DNA of 64,000 bases from Stylophora pistillata (Eukaryota), in contig NW_019217939.1 in the NCBI RefSeq assembly GCF_002571385.2, positions 154,326 to 218,325 of the forward strand. The letters run 5' to 3'. The notes beneath the pieces are model-generated. The model had not been told where the DNA came from, ran no database searches, and was given only the letters and a program-made list of their open reading frames with translations. Made by a program: the position numbers and the translations under genes. This document shows, piece after piece, positions 49,201 to 64,000 of the stretch. The first letter of the stretch is position 1, and every line of letters starts with the position of its first letter.

Positions 49201-52200
49201 TAGTGCAAAGAAAATCAAGCCAAAAGTCAAAGGCGTGACACACTTCCTTGTTCCGATGTTTTGTTCTCACGATCTATGACTCACTGCAAACGAAGTGGAG
49301 ATCATATATATTTAATAGCGTAGCTTTTAGTACAATAAGTATTAGCTTTTACGATACTGCCGACCTTGCTGGTTTTTAAGAAATCAAGTCTTGTGAACAA
49401 GTATATTAAACTCTAAACCGCAATTATGAAAATGTATCTCTATGACGAACACCAAAAACCGCGTTTGAAGTGTTTTCCTCCTCTGAGTCTTACACCCGCA
49501 GTGTTGTAATCATTTCTTTTTTTAACCTCTGAACTTGAATTTCCTTAGTTATAGTTCTGACTCGTTAATTTTGTTTTTGCTTTGGTGTGGCGCTGAGATT
49601 CCGTTATATTTACATAACGGCCCGTTATATATGTCTGGTTTTCAATTTCTCTTCGCTTTCATCGCCCTTTAATGTAATAATGCTACTTATTTTTTTTTTT
49701 CATTAAACTTTAGACTCTTTAATAATCGGCTGCCGAGACCACTTTAATAATTACTTATTTTGCAGTGAACCCAAATGGGAAGATGGAAATTTATTGTCAA
49801 GTAATGAAACAAATTGTACAAGATTACTTCCAGTGGCATGGGGCAAAGAAATGGCTTGGCTTCTCAAAGCAATTTACCACCCATGTAGTCTAACTGAGAA
49901 ATAATTCGAAACTTTCAGGATTGTGTACTGAGAAATTGCTGTCTCGATGTTGAAAATGCGCGTGTTCTTAAAGGTGAACAATTTGACGTTGTCAGGGACA
50001 TTTTTAAACTTGCCCAGGGCGAGAAGACAAAATCGCACGTGTCTTTAAAAATAGAGAAGGGAAGCTGTAATTGGAAGGCCCGTGCTAAGCGCCAGCATAG
50101 TTTTGTCTAATCTTTCTCTCATTAAAGTGAAGTCTGCGGGAAGTCAATTTTGTAAAATCAGGGATACAAAAAGTATCACATTCATAGTATTATTTCTTGT
50201 ATCATAATAAGACATCAAAATATAAATAGAGGAGAAGGAAATCACTTTCTTCATAATGTAATTAGTGGAGACTTCATGCGGCGATCACTAACGGGGCACA
50301 ATTATCCGTGTTTTTCTCGTTATTAACGATTCTTGACCGAATTAATTGATGCAGCTGAATTTAGAACATGGATCTTCGATTTGGGATTCGGTCTTGATTT
50401 CAATTTGAAGCGATACTCTTCTTGATTTTATGATGTTCTAATCATGTAGTTAAATATATCTTCATGAATTAAATGTTATTATGGTGTTCTGTACGCCTCC
50501 CGCCGAGACACCACTGGAGCATGGAATCTTTGATATTAGTTTAATTAATGCTTAACAGGAAAACTTCGACATTTCACGAAACTTCTGTTTCTGTTACATT
50601 TTTCTGTTCTTCAGGGTGTGATGGTCACACATCTTGAGAATAGCAGTTACGACGGTGTATAAGGATGATGATTAAAGTTAAATGCAGAAACAAGATTTAT
50701 TTTCGGCCGAGTTAATTACTGAACCGAAGGTCACTCAATCATTTGATCGAACGTTATGTTTTGTGGCCAAGCCACCTGTTTTCGGCCACCTTGCTTTCCT
50801 CTCTTCTTCTCATAGTTTTATCAAAATTTGCCTTAACTTAACGGCGTAAAGGCTGCTTGCTATGCCCGGTCGAATACTCTCGACGAGTCGCCAAAGCTGT
50901 ATTTGTGCTCGCGTGCCACAACATCACGCTATTATACCCATCACTTAGTTTGCTTTGGATGAACTTTTGGTGTATAGTGGATACAGGTCAACGGAAAAAT
51001 GTAAAACACATGTTTTCCGTCGCTATTGAATATGTTTTTCTTTTCAGTCTTATTTATAATTCTGCAAATAGCCTCTGATTCCTAATAGTTCCCAAGAAAT
51101 GATATATTGTGAAAGGAATATTTTTGCGTGATCGTGCGCAGCGGTGATGATGCGTGAAACAAAAAAAATTCCAATTTGTTGCGGGAGAACTTTCTCTATT
51201 AGTATCATTAATAGACTAGAGTCATCGATGAGGCTATTTATCTTTCTAAGGATGTCCTCGCGTAAAGCAACCGTTTATACACTCACTATCATCACGGGTA
51301 TGATAGCTCCAGATAAGTCGCCATCTTGTCAAATGGAAGAGAAATATATCTTTTTTTTGTCAAAACACGCTCGTTATTCGATCAATCTTAGACCATGCTG
51401 GGGAACTATTCGCCATACTTAAGAATAGTCTGAGGTTAATGAGATTCTCCACCACACTCTATAATTATCCAAAAATTTTCACGAGACGTTTTCACTACTG
51501 CCAAATTGAACCCTCACGCCGCAAGAGTTGAAACAGCGAATCGCACGCAACGGGCTAATTCTGCCGTGATTTGCTCAAGCGTCGCAATCTTGCATGTGTG
51601 CTCTTATCGTAGCGAGGTCTTCATGGCAATTTAGTTAATCCCGTTGAAATGCTCGTAACGGCTTAAAAGAAGACGAAATTTGGTTGATAATACGGTGGGC
51701 GTATCACTTCTTAAATGTTAATTCAAACAACTCTTTTGGTACGCCAGTGCGAGCCATTAGTACCAGCATTGACATTTGATTTAAAGGGGTTCCTTATTGT
51801 TCTTTATTGGAGTATATTACTGCTCCCAGTGGGATACGGCGTGCAAATAGGAAAGCTTCTAGATACGTTGGATGCTTAACAACATTAAACCTTTTGTTGT
51901 TTAACATTACGAGCCATTGTTGAGCACAAAGGGCTTGATAAGCTGAAGGGCTGATTGAATTGCATAATCCGCTCGATGAATAGTAAGCGGAGCTCTATTA
52001 TGTCCTATCATTTACATATGACAGTAAAAGCAATTAGGAGCGTAACAAGTGGTAGTTAGTTGTAATAGAACGGCTTGATATTGTGTCCGATATTTTGTCT
52101 AATTCTCAGTCTGTTTGTATAGTCATTGTTTAGAAGCAAACCCCCCGAGCTGGGGCTTTTATCTCCCGGTAGCATAGCACGCCCAAAAAACATTCGCCCA

Positions 52201-55200
52201 TTGTCAGCAACTGAGTGTAGTGAACGGTTCACAAGCTAATCATAAACGTTATCTGAAACGATTACTCTTACGGCTGCTGTTCAGATCTCTTGAGAGTGAC
52301 ATAGATCTCATAACGCAAGGTAAGAAAGCATGATCGCGTTAGGTCCTAATGAGTTTTTTTGTATTTGATTCTACTAAGGCAAGTACGCGCCGAAAGAAAA
52401 CTGAACCGCGTGGTTGCTTGATCCGTTTTGAGTACAAACAAAGACTTTGATGAACCAGTTGGCCAAACATAAGTCGATTAGGTCAAGTAACTGGACGTAC
52501 TTTTTCGATGCGCACGGGTCCTACTACAGCGTAAACGGTCTAGATTCTAATCAAAGCACACGGTGGGTTGGAGAGAAAACTTCACACCTGAAGCATGGTG
52601 GAATGAATCCACAGTGCTAAGTGAAATCGGAAGTCGACTAACTGAAAAGTATGTATACAAGAGAGATTTAGAGTTCATGAACAAACAACCAAACCACATT
52701 TCCTTACAAGATGGCGAAGGAATCGCATGCTCGAAAGATATTTTAACAGATGTCGCAAAGTTTTGCGTCGGGAAACGCTCAAAGTTGTCCTGATGAATTT
52801 AAGATTTTTGCGAACACTTTTGGACAAAGGTTCTCCGCCCCCAGCTGATTCTTGCTTTATTCCAATCGACAATTTTTGTTATAGATGTTACAGCGTATTT
52901 TTTTTTTTTTTTTTTTTTTTTATTTATTGCCGCGTGTTTTAAGCCGGTCAAGCATAGTTAGAAAAGCAGACAATTGGCGGTTAAGCGCCTTGTCGAGGTC
53001 TTGATTCAAATGTCGTCATATCGCCAGGTTCACCTTGCTCAATATAATGCACTTTTTTCACTGGATTGTTCATGATTTACGTTTGTTATTTCCGATTTAT
53101 TGTGGAAAGAATTTTCAGAACTTATTTTACCGTGTTAGCTCTCCTTGTAATCTCATCCTAAACTAGCAGTTACTGTATTTCGTTTTTTTATTGCCTCGTC
53201 TCCTTAGTTTCAAGAAATACCGTTGCGGCATGCTTGACGAGATTTATCCTTCGCGTTAAATCGTTATTTCAAATTTTCACCAGACATTTTCCGTACAACT
53301 CACTTCAACTGAACACCCTTCGTTGGCGCGAAACAAGATCTTTTTCATGTACTACATCATCTTTTAATTTGAACATTAAGTAATTGACTTTTGGCCTCAA
53401 ATTTTCTCTTTCCGAGGCCAAACTGTAATTCGAAAACATTACCATGAATGATTTATGATAGAAGGCACAAGCACAATAGCATGCATTTTGAAAATTTGCG
53501 TATTAATTGTGACGTTGTACTAAGTGCTTTTTCTGTACACGGTTTGTCCATTCAATCTGCTCCGAGTTTCGATTTTCGTCGGTTGACTGTTTGAGTTATG
53601 TCGTCTCAATGTGTTCTTTAATTGCTTTGTGCTATTAAAGAGGAGGCAAGTTGCCAGATGAAGAAGCAATGTTTTATCAACTAAATCCTAGGAATTTTGA
53701 TGAGCTCACTGAATGTGCTCTTAGTTTATATGATTATAATTGAAAAAAAAGTAAGGTTGTGATTCATTTAAACCATTTAAGTTTCACATTTGGTGTTGTA
53801 GGAAAAAAGGTACGGATTTTCATGAGAAGCAGAACCTATTTTATCTCAACACCAATACAATAGCTACTCCTACGAAGTTTAATTTTTTTTTTTGCCTGTT
53901 GCGATCAATTCTTACCACCAGTTTAAATTAATTCTAAGTGAATTCTAGTTCATTTCCTATACTAGTTTTGATAAAAAGCCATGCTTGTTCTTGCTACGAT
54001 TTATGTGTGATTTTTTTCTTTCGTTTGGGATGCCTGAGTGCGTTTACCTGGAGTTTTGAGTCAATATTTTTTAAATGGTTTCAGTATCTAAAGCAGTATT
54101 GTGCCCGCTCAGAACACGCTTCTTCACTTGGTATTTCTAATTTAAACTACGACAACAAATGTACGACATAAGTGTAATCCTCGAGTCAGCCAAGCCATTC
54201 TTAGTACTCCCTCTAGGGGGAAAAAGGTCCGTAGTTGTATTTAAAGTCCTTAAGATCGATAAATTCAATCTAATAGACAAAAGTTGGCAGTATGGCTGTA
54301 CCGGGAAATCAAACATCCAATCGAATATCATCAAAGGCCACGAAGAATCGTCTAAAAACAGTCACCTTTTGATGGCTGGATTGAGTTGGCATGCCAGTAT
54401 GGCGCTAGTGTAGGTTCGTTGTCGTAATTAATTACTTTTCATTCGCAGATGACACATTTGGCAAATCATTAGGGACAATAATAAGGTGTTTATACATCTG
54501 AATCTGCTGTCTGGCGAACTAAGACTCCGCTATTTAAGTGACATTACTGCGACCCTGAATAGCAAAGTAATTATCTGTTGTTGAGCCAAGCGTACTATCC
54601 GCGGCGAGTTTCATTTCAGATTGTTTACATCGACATAAAATGGTTGTTTTGACAATCTGGGAAGGTACGTAGCGGGTAGTAAAAGGCACTGCGGGTTGCT
54701 AAACAGCTGAACAAGGGCCGATATTTCTTTCTCATCATGCAAACAATAAACTGCTTGTATTTGCTATTTTCTGCCTATATCGGGGAAGGTAAAAACTTTT
54801 TCTCTGACGTAGCTATTACACGATTTTGTAAAGTGATTCACAATAGAAACCAAGGACTGTGGCAACGCACAAAGAGAACTCACCAATGTTGATGCTAAGA
54901 GCGCTTGTTCGCTAATGAGCTTTCGCTTTTTTGTTTTATTTCTTTGCGTAAATATATCAGAAAGTTAAACTTCGCAAATAAACATAATAATGATAACATG
55001 TCTGCTAGATGGAAAAGGAAATAGTCCCGCCAACTGCGAAGTGATGTAAGTCCTGTAGATTTACTTTGTGTATTTTTTTAGTTTCTTTAGGCAATTTACT
55101 TTTAATTCCTTATTTTCTGTGATGTGTTTTTAATGTTTAGCCCTTTGCAGCTGCGCCCTTGCCCTCGGCGAATCCTGACGAATGCCAGGCTTTTGATTCC

Positions 55201-56625
55201 TCTCAGCGAGCCCAGCACGTTGCCAATTGACTAAATCACAAACTTGAGTTTAGGGCGCATCTTAATTTTATGTTAATTGTGCAAATGACACATTTTTCTT
55301 TTTTTTTTTTTTTTTAAAAAAAAGCATTCATCTCTCGGAACTATCAATAAACGTGGCCATCTTAAACTGCTGTTCTCAATCATGAGGAGGCCATCTCATT
55401 CAAAGATTATATTCATAACGGTGGATGAGCATGACCTAAAGATAAGCTTCGATATCAATACTATATGTTTTTTTTACACGAAAAATAATTACTGGACGTA
55501 ACGAGACGCCAGATTTAGTCATATTATGTCTTTGCTGATTGAGAAATGCCATGTTTGTGAAGCTGTACAAAGTCACCGAAAGAAAGAAAAAAATCAGTTT
55601 TCATAACAATCGTGCATTGTCGCGCCAGGGTCTCACGTTTTATACATAACCTTATTTTCTCGATGTGTGTGTGCTTGGGAAAAAGCAATTAGGAGTCACT
55701 CAATTAGTAAGAACATGGCTCGCGAGAAAACAGAAAGACAGTCGAAATACCGTCCAGGCACAGCGTGCAGATCACGACTTAAAGCTAAATCGACTTGTCC
55801 GGAAAGCCAGAGAATAATGGGAAATTCATATGTGGAGGCGTGCCATTTTACGTATTGTTCGCACAGTCTTGGGCTATAATCCATCGAACTCAATACGCTA
55901 GATAAACGATCATGTCACTCAAGGCTCATGGCGTTTAAATTTCAATCGGAGACAGCCGTGCATGCCTCTTACACTGTTTAACTTTTGATTATATCAACTA
56001 TTGAAGGTGATGAGTATTGTTATTTTTTGTCGCGCTGAGGAAATGTTGTGTTGTTATCTGCTCGGGAATCTCTATTCGTCTAACGGTGTGGAATAAATCG
56101 CATTGAAGCCATCCCCCGGTACAGCTTTTTTACGACGATATGTGATTTTCTGTCTTGCATCTGTCAGTGAAAACGATAACGGGAGCATTCAAAGAAAGAT
56201 CGATCGAGAGCTTCGTTCTTAGCGCCCACTTCAAGCAATTTTTGGCGGTGCAAATCCCCAAGTTTGGCCTGGAGGAAATATTTCTTCGTGGTTACTTTCA
56301 CACTTTGGGCCGTAAACCCTGGAGTATCGTTACGCGATATCTATATTTTTCTGTCCCATCTGCCCTGAACATTTGTTTAGACCTAGTTAAGAACACCTTG
56401 CGTTGGTGATTGACACGGTTGCCATAACAGCCTTGTAATTAGAGCTTTGCACGCCAATCAGCTCGCTAGAGTTTAACAGACGTAATACTCGATCTTAGCG
56501 ATAATATACCCCATGTTTCTAACCCTCTTGATAAATACTGACACTTTGCAGAGACGTTACCACACCCCTGCATTTAGCCTTAATAGTCGGAGACCAAGTA
56601 GGAGAATCCGTAGGCAGTCAGCGTG

Positions 56626-59600
56626 ATGTTTGCCCCGCTTCCAGCTCTGAGCTTCACGCCACAACAGATCGCACAAGTCTGCGAAACTCTGGAAGAAAGC
56701 GGTGACATCGAGCGGTTGGCCAGATTTTTGTGGTCCTTGCCAGTGGCCCCTGGAACGTTAGAAGCCTTGAGTAAACACGAAAGCGTGCTCCGAGCGCGGT
56801 CTATAGTGGCATTTCACATGGGAAATTTCCGTGACTTATACCACATATTGGAAACTCATCGCTTCGGCAAAGATTCGCATGCCAAATTGCAAGCGATGTG
56901 GTTAGAAGCTCACTATCAAGAGGCTGAGAGGCTTCGAGGGAGACCGTTAGGACCTGTCGATAAGTACCGCGTTCGCAAGAAGTTTCCTCTTCCCAGGACA
57001 ATTTGGGACGGAGAGCAGAAAACTCACTGTTTCAAAGAGAGGACAAGAAGCTTGCTTCGCGAGTGGTACCTTCAGGATCCTTACCCGAATCCAACGAAGA
57101 AGCGCGAACTAGCGCAAGCAACCGGTCTTACACCGACACAAGTTGGCAACTGGTTTAAAAACAGAAGGCAAAGAGATCGAGCCGCAGCAGCTAAAAACAG
57201 GTAATTGTAAATTTTATTCTTAAACCTAGCGAAGATGTCGCTTAACAGATTTTCTTTTTTGCGCTGTCTTCGACCTGTGTCGTTTGTGGATTTTTCTGTA
57301 GTACGCAAGCATAAACGCGAAAATCCTCTCAACGAGAATTCTCTTTTCGCCACCAAAAGCTCAAATCGCGGCTCAGCTCAGCTCGCTTGATACGGAAGCG
57401 GGCAAATAGGTATCGCATTCAATAGCGTAAATGCAACCGTTGCTAATATTTATGAGGTATTCCTGGCTAGTTCTGTTACACAGAAAGCTCCACACTTTAC
57501 TTAAATTGGTTTCGGCGGTTTGCAGTGAAACAGATGGGCTGGAACGACGTTTAATCCTGAAACTTACACCACATGGATAAGACCATTGATAGTCAGTCTC
57601 GGTGACAGTGTGTATATCTTATTGAGGCATGTGGTCAGAAGATCGGAACAGCTATCGCTATTTGTTTCAAAGAATCGCATTTGTTTTCTTTTATTCCAAA
57701 TCGTTCTTCTCTAAACGGGAGTTAGTATCCATCGCTTTGTTCTCAGTAGACCTGGAGCCAGAAAAAAGTGTGTACAATAACGCGAGTTTATCGGTTATAA
57801 ATTGTACACATGGTTTTCATCCATATCATCACCGTGCTATATACACTCGTCTATTGAAGGAAATTGATTGGGATACCGTTTCCCCTGAGATCTTCCGGAA
57901 TTGTGTAGCATCTCTTGAATTCCACTCTACTGTCATTTGTTTTCGCAAGGAATATTTGATAATTTTCTTAGGTACTTAGCAAGGATTATGAGCTGTATTT
58001 AGTTATTTGTTTACCGTATTTTCATCTAATAACTATTTTGGGGCATTAGGACAGCAAATGGATTGGGTTTTCTTTTCCATTCACGCGCGGGCACATTGCT
58101 CGTGGCTCGCCAAAAATTGTAATTCTATCTTTCTGAAATTGTTTTTAATCGTCCACGACGAAAGATGCAAAAAAGTTCTCAAAAGGGAACCAAAAAGATT
58201 ACGGAAAGAATATGAGAAGAGTTAAGAAATAAAGAAAAGGTGAAGGAAGAAGGTAATCTATTTAGCGTTCAAACAGTGATATTATGTGTGAAGTGGGAGG
58301 CTCTCACACTTTGATCAACTTTTACAACGTGAAAAGGCGATAACAAGGTTTCGCATTTAGCAAGCAAACATTAAAGCTAAATGACGTGAAAGCTTTAAAT
58401 ATTAATTAAACTCATTTGCCCGACGCAGACGGGGCGGATTGTGCGGTATTTAAAACGTTGGCTTCTAAATCCTAATATTATCTGTAAACAGAAAGCGAGA
58501 AAAGAAAAACATCCCTTTCTATTCCTAGACATTCCTTTACATTTTGAAGGATGATATTTTTTCTCCGTTCTTTTGGTAAGATTTAGGCCCAGATGGATAC
58601 GTTTCGTTTTTACCGGTTTGCCTTTGTGGGTTTTCGTGCGAATAAATTTGAATGAATTTGATGTTACAATAATCTCCAAATCGTATGGTAGGACTATTTT
58701 GAGAACTAATGAAGTATTCATTTGAACGTTTTATTGATACAAGAATCGAAAATTCTTCTCCTCCCTGCAGATCAGTGTCTGTCAAGGTGTATTACCGCAG
58801 CACTCATGTTTACAAACTGGTCGCTGTTTTCTCTTTTATTTACAACTTGTTAGTTTGGTGGCAAACCAGCGTCTTAACACTTTCATATGCACAATGTAAA
58901 TCCGGTGGGAAGCCATGTTGGCAGTTGGTTTTTAACAAATAGATCATCTGGTTATTTTCCACGGAAGCGTGCTGTTCTTGTCTTGTGTTATGAAAATCGC
59001 GAAATCTTTGTCGAGCGCAAATTGAAATCATTCACACCTAGTTTAGGAGTTCAGAATTGGCAAACTGAGTGCCTCAACAGTGATAAGTATCATTAAAGCC
59101 ATTAGGCCTTTGAGGCCCAAATTTAAAAACTTACAAGTGAAAAGTGTGCCGAGATAATGGCCTCCGTTCAGTTGATTGACAAAACTTGACCATGATTACT
59201 ACTCGCTAGGCTAAGCTGTATGTCCCAATGCAGGGTGCAACTCTTGTAGATTTAGCATACTTCGAACTTAGACTTTGACTTAGACCATCTAGACTTTTTC
59301 AAACTTATTTTTTTTCAAGCATTTTCTCGTGTTTGCAAAATTTGTTTTGAAACTGTTTCCCCAATCACCAAAAAGAAACACATCAATCTACTTTTTTCTC
59401 GAGTCGGAGATTCAACAATTCTGCTTTCCTAAAGTCACTTTATCGAAAATAACTGATTATGGTAAACAAAAAGCCGATTTCTGTTTCATCGAATAGTGTG
59501 ATTTGCTAGTATAACATAAAAAATTTGTAATGTCAGTGGACTTTTCTTTTATATTTCATTCTGCTATCCGAACGGAATTATATTTATTGTAACAAAAAGG

Positions 59601-60492
59601 ATAATTCTGCGTTGTTTGGGAAACGTGCACTTCTTGCGAACACTGTTTTCTCGACGCGATTTCCTTTGTTCATTATTGGCTTTATGAAATCAGTTATGGT
59701 TATTTATTAAAGAGGTGATTCTTTAAAAAAAGAAAACCGTTTCAGTCAGGTTTTTCTATCGCTTGATTAAAGTTCTGCAAAGGATAGCTTTTCTGAAAGT
59801 ATGTCTGTGCGTTTTTTTGACACCGGCTGCCTTCGATCCAACCAAAATTTCTTCTGGTCCGCTCTTTGGTTTCTTCCCCCGATTGTATAAATTCAGGATT
59901 CAAACTCATGAAGCCGTATACGGAGTTGCTTATCGCTAACTTTTTCTCCCGTTCATAAGAGAAGTAACTGTTGTTTGGCTTGACGTGAGAAAAGTTTCTT
60001 TTGTTTTACCCCATCCGCGATGTGAAAACCTGCAAGCCACCAATGTAGTGCAATCAAACCATTATAAATTATTTTTATTGCTTACCACATGTCTGGTTTT
60101 GCTCTTCAAACAACAGGAACGCCTGGAAAAAACGCTAATCGAGCAACTGAGCAAGATGAATTTGTTTCTTTTGAATTCAAGAACCTATTCAAACAGGCGA
60201 CAGCCAAATCACAGATGTATACTCCCTGTAGCGATCCTATAATAATTCGAATTATCCTTTGATTTCTTTCAATTTTCTTCATAGTGAAAGCAATCTAATC
60301 CTTTTGGTTTTTCGATAATCGTTAACGATTTATTTTATTATTTTCCTCCACAGAATGAACCAACAACAAGGTCAACACATCTCACAATGCAAAGGCAGCT
60401 TTTCCCCAGAGGGAAAAGCTATGGAAGACTTTCGCGGGCTAAAAAATTCACCGATTTCAAAATCAACAGACGATCTACGCAAAGGCGAGTGA
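56626..60492 (+). CDS. six3/6: SIX-class homeobox protein, Six3/6 (optix) subfamily (exons 56626-57200, 60354-60492; 237 aa)
   Basis: SIX domain with VAPG insertion, homeodomain with diagnostic [21 protein letters not shown]; AG|GTAATT donor and long polypyrimidine ..cacag acceptor give an in-frame exon [22 protein letters not shown]...RKGE*. Confidence 0.95.
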
Positions 60493-63400
60493 TTCTCAGG
60501 AAAAATGTAGAAATCAACGCTTTTGAACAATTAAAGAGAAGCAGAGAGAGATTATTTAGAAAATAAATTGACGCTATGGATGACGACTATTTAATATCGA
60601 CTTTTTGAAGTCAAGAGACTAAAGCGCCCGGCCTTCTCTCTCAAAAACTGGACAAATGTAAGGGAAACTAGAAGAGCACTTCGAAAAAAAGCTACTCTAA
60701 GTTTATTGTCAAATTTTGAATAGTTGTACAGAGATATAACGTTGTAAATGTTTAAATATATAAATATAATCTGCATAGGGCGCAGAACTTGTAACATAAG
60801 ATATCTTCGTACAGGGCTGCCCTGTTTGTCTTTATGTGGCGAACGAAAAAAAATACAACACGTTGCGGCTGACATCTTTCTGTTTTATTGTGCGATCTTC
60901 TTCGGTCGCCATTAGTTTAAAGAGAAGGAGTGAAAAATGAATATAGTAAAGTTGTTCTGACACAATAAGCATTTACTGTCCTCTTGTAATCTACCCGACA
61001 ATAATACCCACCAGTTTACTGGATGTTAGGTTTGGGGTTTCTGCCTGAGGTTGTTAGCTTTTTTTTTCTTCTTTCAACTGTCGCTAAGTGAGCTGTTTAG
61101 CGTTGGTGTCATGTCCTATTCAGCTGTTGCAGCTTTACTTTAATGGAAAATCCTTTGTTCGTATCCATTGACACTATTTCTTACTTACTCGTTGTCTTTT
61201 CGAACTCTTTTCGACTACGTGATTAGCATTTGAAAAAAGAAATTGAAGAAAAAGAAAGTCGCTAATAAATCCTTTTTGTAGAAACAGCCTGGAAGTGACA
61301 GCGTGTCATAACGATTAGCACTTTGCCCTAGGGTTTATGAAAGGCGCGTTAATTGCTTACTATTTCTATTTTTCTTCGCTAAAAATTGCGTCCAAACACT
61401 GCTTTCAAAGGATGGGAATACCGTTTTGCGTTACACAGAGGTGAGGGTGCTTATCGATGAAAGATGTCAAACTCAGGTCAAATACACTCTTAATGAGTGC
61501 CACCCAACAATAGTTAATTACCATTATGTCTCTGTGTAATACACCTCAACTGTAAACATGGTGGTCATCTCGAAAGAGCGTTCAGATGTGGGGGTCTCTA
61601 AAGGCCCCGATGGTCTCAGTTATACCTATTAATGGTGAAAGCTTTCACGCGCTGTCGTTCACTTTTAGTGAAGTTTCTTTCAGCAAAGCGCGCGTTTAAT
61701 CTGTCTCGCCAAACTTCAGATCGAAAAAAAGCTATTTCCTCGATTACATACTTGAAAACGTAGTTTACGGATAAGGGCACTTAGCAGATGTTTTAAATCT
61801 CGCTTCAAAGGTTCATTTAAGAGATAACAACTAAGTGAAGGTTTCATTGAGGAAGATATGCTATCAACGCTGGGGAAAATATCGGGTCAGATTTGGTCAG
61901 GTGCGGTTAAACTCAATGACTCCAAAGAATGGTGACACATTCTCGACATAGGCTTTATTAAAAAAGCACTTTAAGTAAGCTTATCGGCGATCTGTCAGTC
62001 ACGTGCAAATATTTGCCAAACAGCCCCAGATAACGCAAGAAGCTATCTTAGGTTATCGATGTTCAAATCCTACAAATTCTCTCACTTCTTCTACCAAAGA
62101 AATCGTACAAATAAAACTAGTGAACTATGACAAACTCTGCGCGATGTTTCCCTTATTTAATCGTCTCAAGTCAAGGGTATGAAAATGTCTCGCCTCGTGC
62201 TTTGATGGTCTGTCGTATCATTAGATTATCGCTTTCTCAAAGCTTTTATGACACCTAAAAGCGCCGGAAAAGAGGTATTTACAGTAATACATCCGAAACC
62301 AAACAAAACCGATATGTACATAAAGCGCTTTAAATATTAGAAATAAACAATTTTATTTTCGGAAATTCGCACCATTTCAGACAAGGGCAGTGGCTATAAT
62401 GAATTTAGAAAATCGCCTTCAGCCTTCGTCGGAGAAGTGTTTTGTAGCCATCCTCACGCAACATTTACATACTGAGTTATATTTCATCGCCGCATAACAG
62501 ATGCGACGCATTTGGCTGAAATCTCAGTAATTACCGTCCGTCACATATTGTCTTCAATTCAAAGCAAGACCAGGTCTTTTACCGATGTTATCTCAAAGTA
62601 AAAGCAAACAAGAAAAGCTCTTAATATGTGTAGTTTTCAGTTAACTTTTGCTTCAGATATTGTTTCGGTTCTTTATCATGTCGACTTTTTGCATTGCAAT
62701 TAGCAGTTCTTTAATGCAACATTAGTACATTCAAGCTTGCGTGCGGTCTGTTAATGGTGAATTGAAAAGAAAGAAAAAAACAATAAAATGATAAATACAT
62801 AGAAATCAGCCTGAGAAATGAAAATGTTTGAAATTGTCTTGCGTTGACGAAGGTCTAGCCTAGCTGTACAAACTGTCATGCTTGAGAAATTAATCTGTCC
62901 CTTTATGTGAGCAACACTTAAAATCGGAACAGAATTGGATGTGATTTACAGATTTATTTGTCCTGCGGAAATTAAAGGCCCTTTTTTAAATGTATTAAGA
63001 TCCAATAAGGTTGTGAAAAGTAAAACAAATTTATGTACGTATGTCGGGTCACAACTGACACACAGTTGGAAAAAAAATAAAAGTCCGACATGTACTTAAA
63101 ATCGGTAAAAGTTAAATCTGCTATATTGTAAGTTGGAATGTCATTCCTCAAAGGATAGTAATAAAATTGAAAAGTAATATAGGTTCGATTCATTCCGTGA
63201 AGATTGAGTAAATACTGTTTGAAAAACTGATAGTAATCTCTCTTTTTAGTCCTTTCAATCCCATTTGAACCTGCGAACCTGTTGAAAGAAATACAATAGA
63301 TTTGCGAAAACCGTAAATATGTCATACTTAGATTTTTCACTGCATCATATGAACATTGCTTCTACATGCAACGAGCCAAACGGCCTACAAGACTCGTCCT

Positions 63401-64000
63401 GAAAAGTACCAATCATGTCGGGGAAGGAATTTTTGTTCTAATAACTCGTAAAAACCTGCCCTTACGTTGAATGTAGATGACCACCTCAAAGGGACTTCAC
63501 GATGTTTGTGGAACTTGTGAAAAAGATATTCAATACTTTCATTACGTATAAGTGGCATTGAGTGAATTGATAGAGTAGTACTGAATTAACAAGAAACTTT
63601 TACGTATGATGCACGATCCTCGCAGTAGATAGCGCTATTTGAAACTTTTGTTGCACGGATTGGAACCTTAGCGTGCTTCTATGGCACAGTGCGTTATCAG
63701 CTTAGACTCTAAGACGCAAAGAGATGATTTCAGAGTGTTGTGGTTATGTAATCCACTTTTTTTTATGAAGTACTTAGCTACCAATGCTACACATGCAAAT
63801 ACTCTGAAATATACAGTCCTTAACTAAACCGTCGCATTATAGTGGTAAAGTTCTCGAAAAGCCTAGATCCAAAAACAGCATTTAGGGAAAAACAACATCA
63901 GGAGTCACTGCACCTGCAGAAAAAGAAAAACAACACTCAGAATTTAAAATTACGTGCAACTTTTGAACTAAACGCGAATTCTCGGATTTTCCGAAACTAA

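Noticed and set aside
39100-55900. Numerous 60-120 aa ORFs in the Six intergenic region
   Set aside because: Low-complexity or random composition, many non-ATG starts, no domains and no Six1/2 homeobox.

Overview
Eukaryotic, AT-rich, intron-containing DNA. The SIX gene sequences and repeat landscape suggest an anthozoan cnidarian, probably a stony coral (inference). Left third: a 9-exon gene (2816-12625, +) that splices in frame into a 746-codon protein with a short helical N-terminus, a TKL-like protein kinase carrying an acidic insert, and a divergent Nudix-fold domain. Its proximal promoter has a perfect NF-kB site plus ISRE- and GAS-like motifs, and exon 7 contains an in-frame TAG. A decayed head-to-tail duplicate follows (about 12955-20990): a LINE sits 6 bp before its ATG, the kinase exons are absent and the last exon has a nonsense codon. 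Next come a single-exon Tctex-1-domain gene and two co-oriented SIX homeobox genes, Six4/5 (29385-30783) and Six3/6 (56626-60492), separated by about 26 kb without a recognisable protein-coding gene. The window also holds many MITE-like foldback repeats, a tRNA-derived SINE, two non-LTR retrotransposon relics and three assembly gaps. The best candidate for a novel system is the putatively immune-inducible kinase-Nudix fusion locus. Gene models were assembled by eye; no database searches were run.
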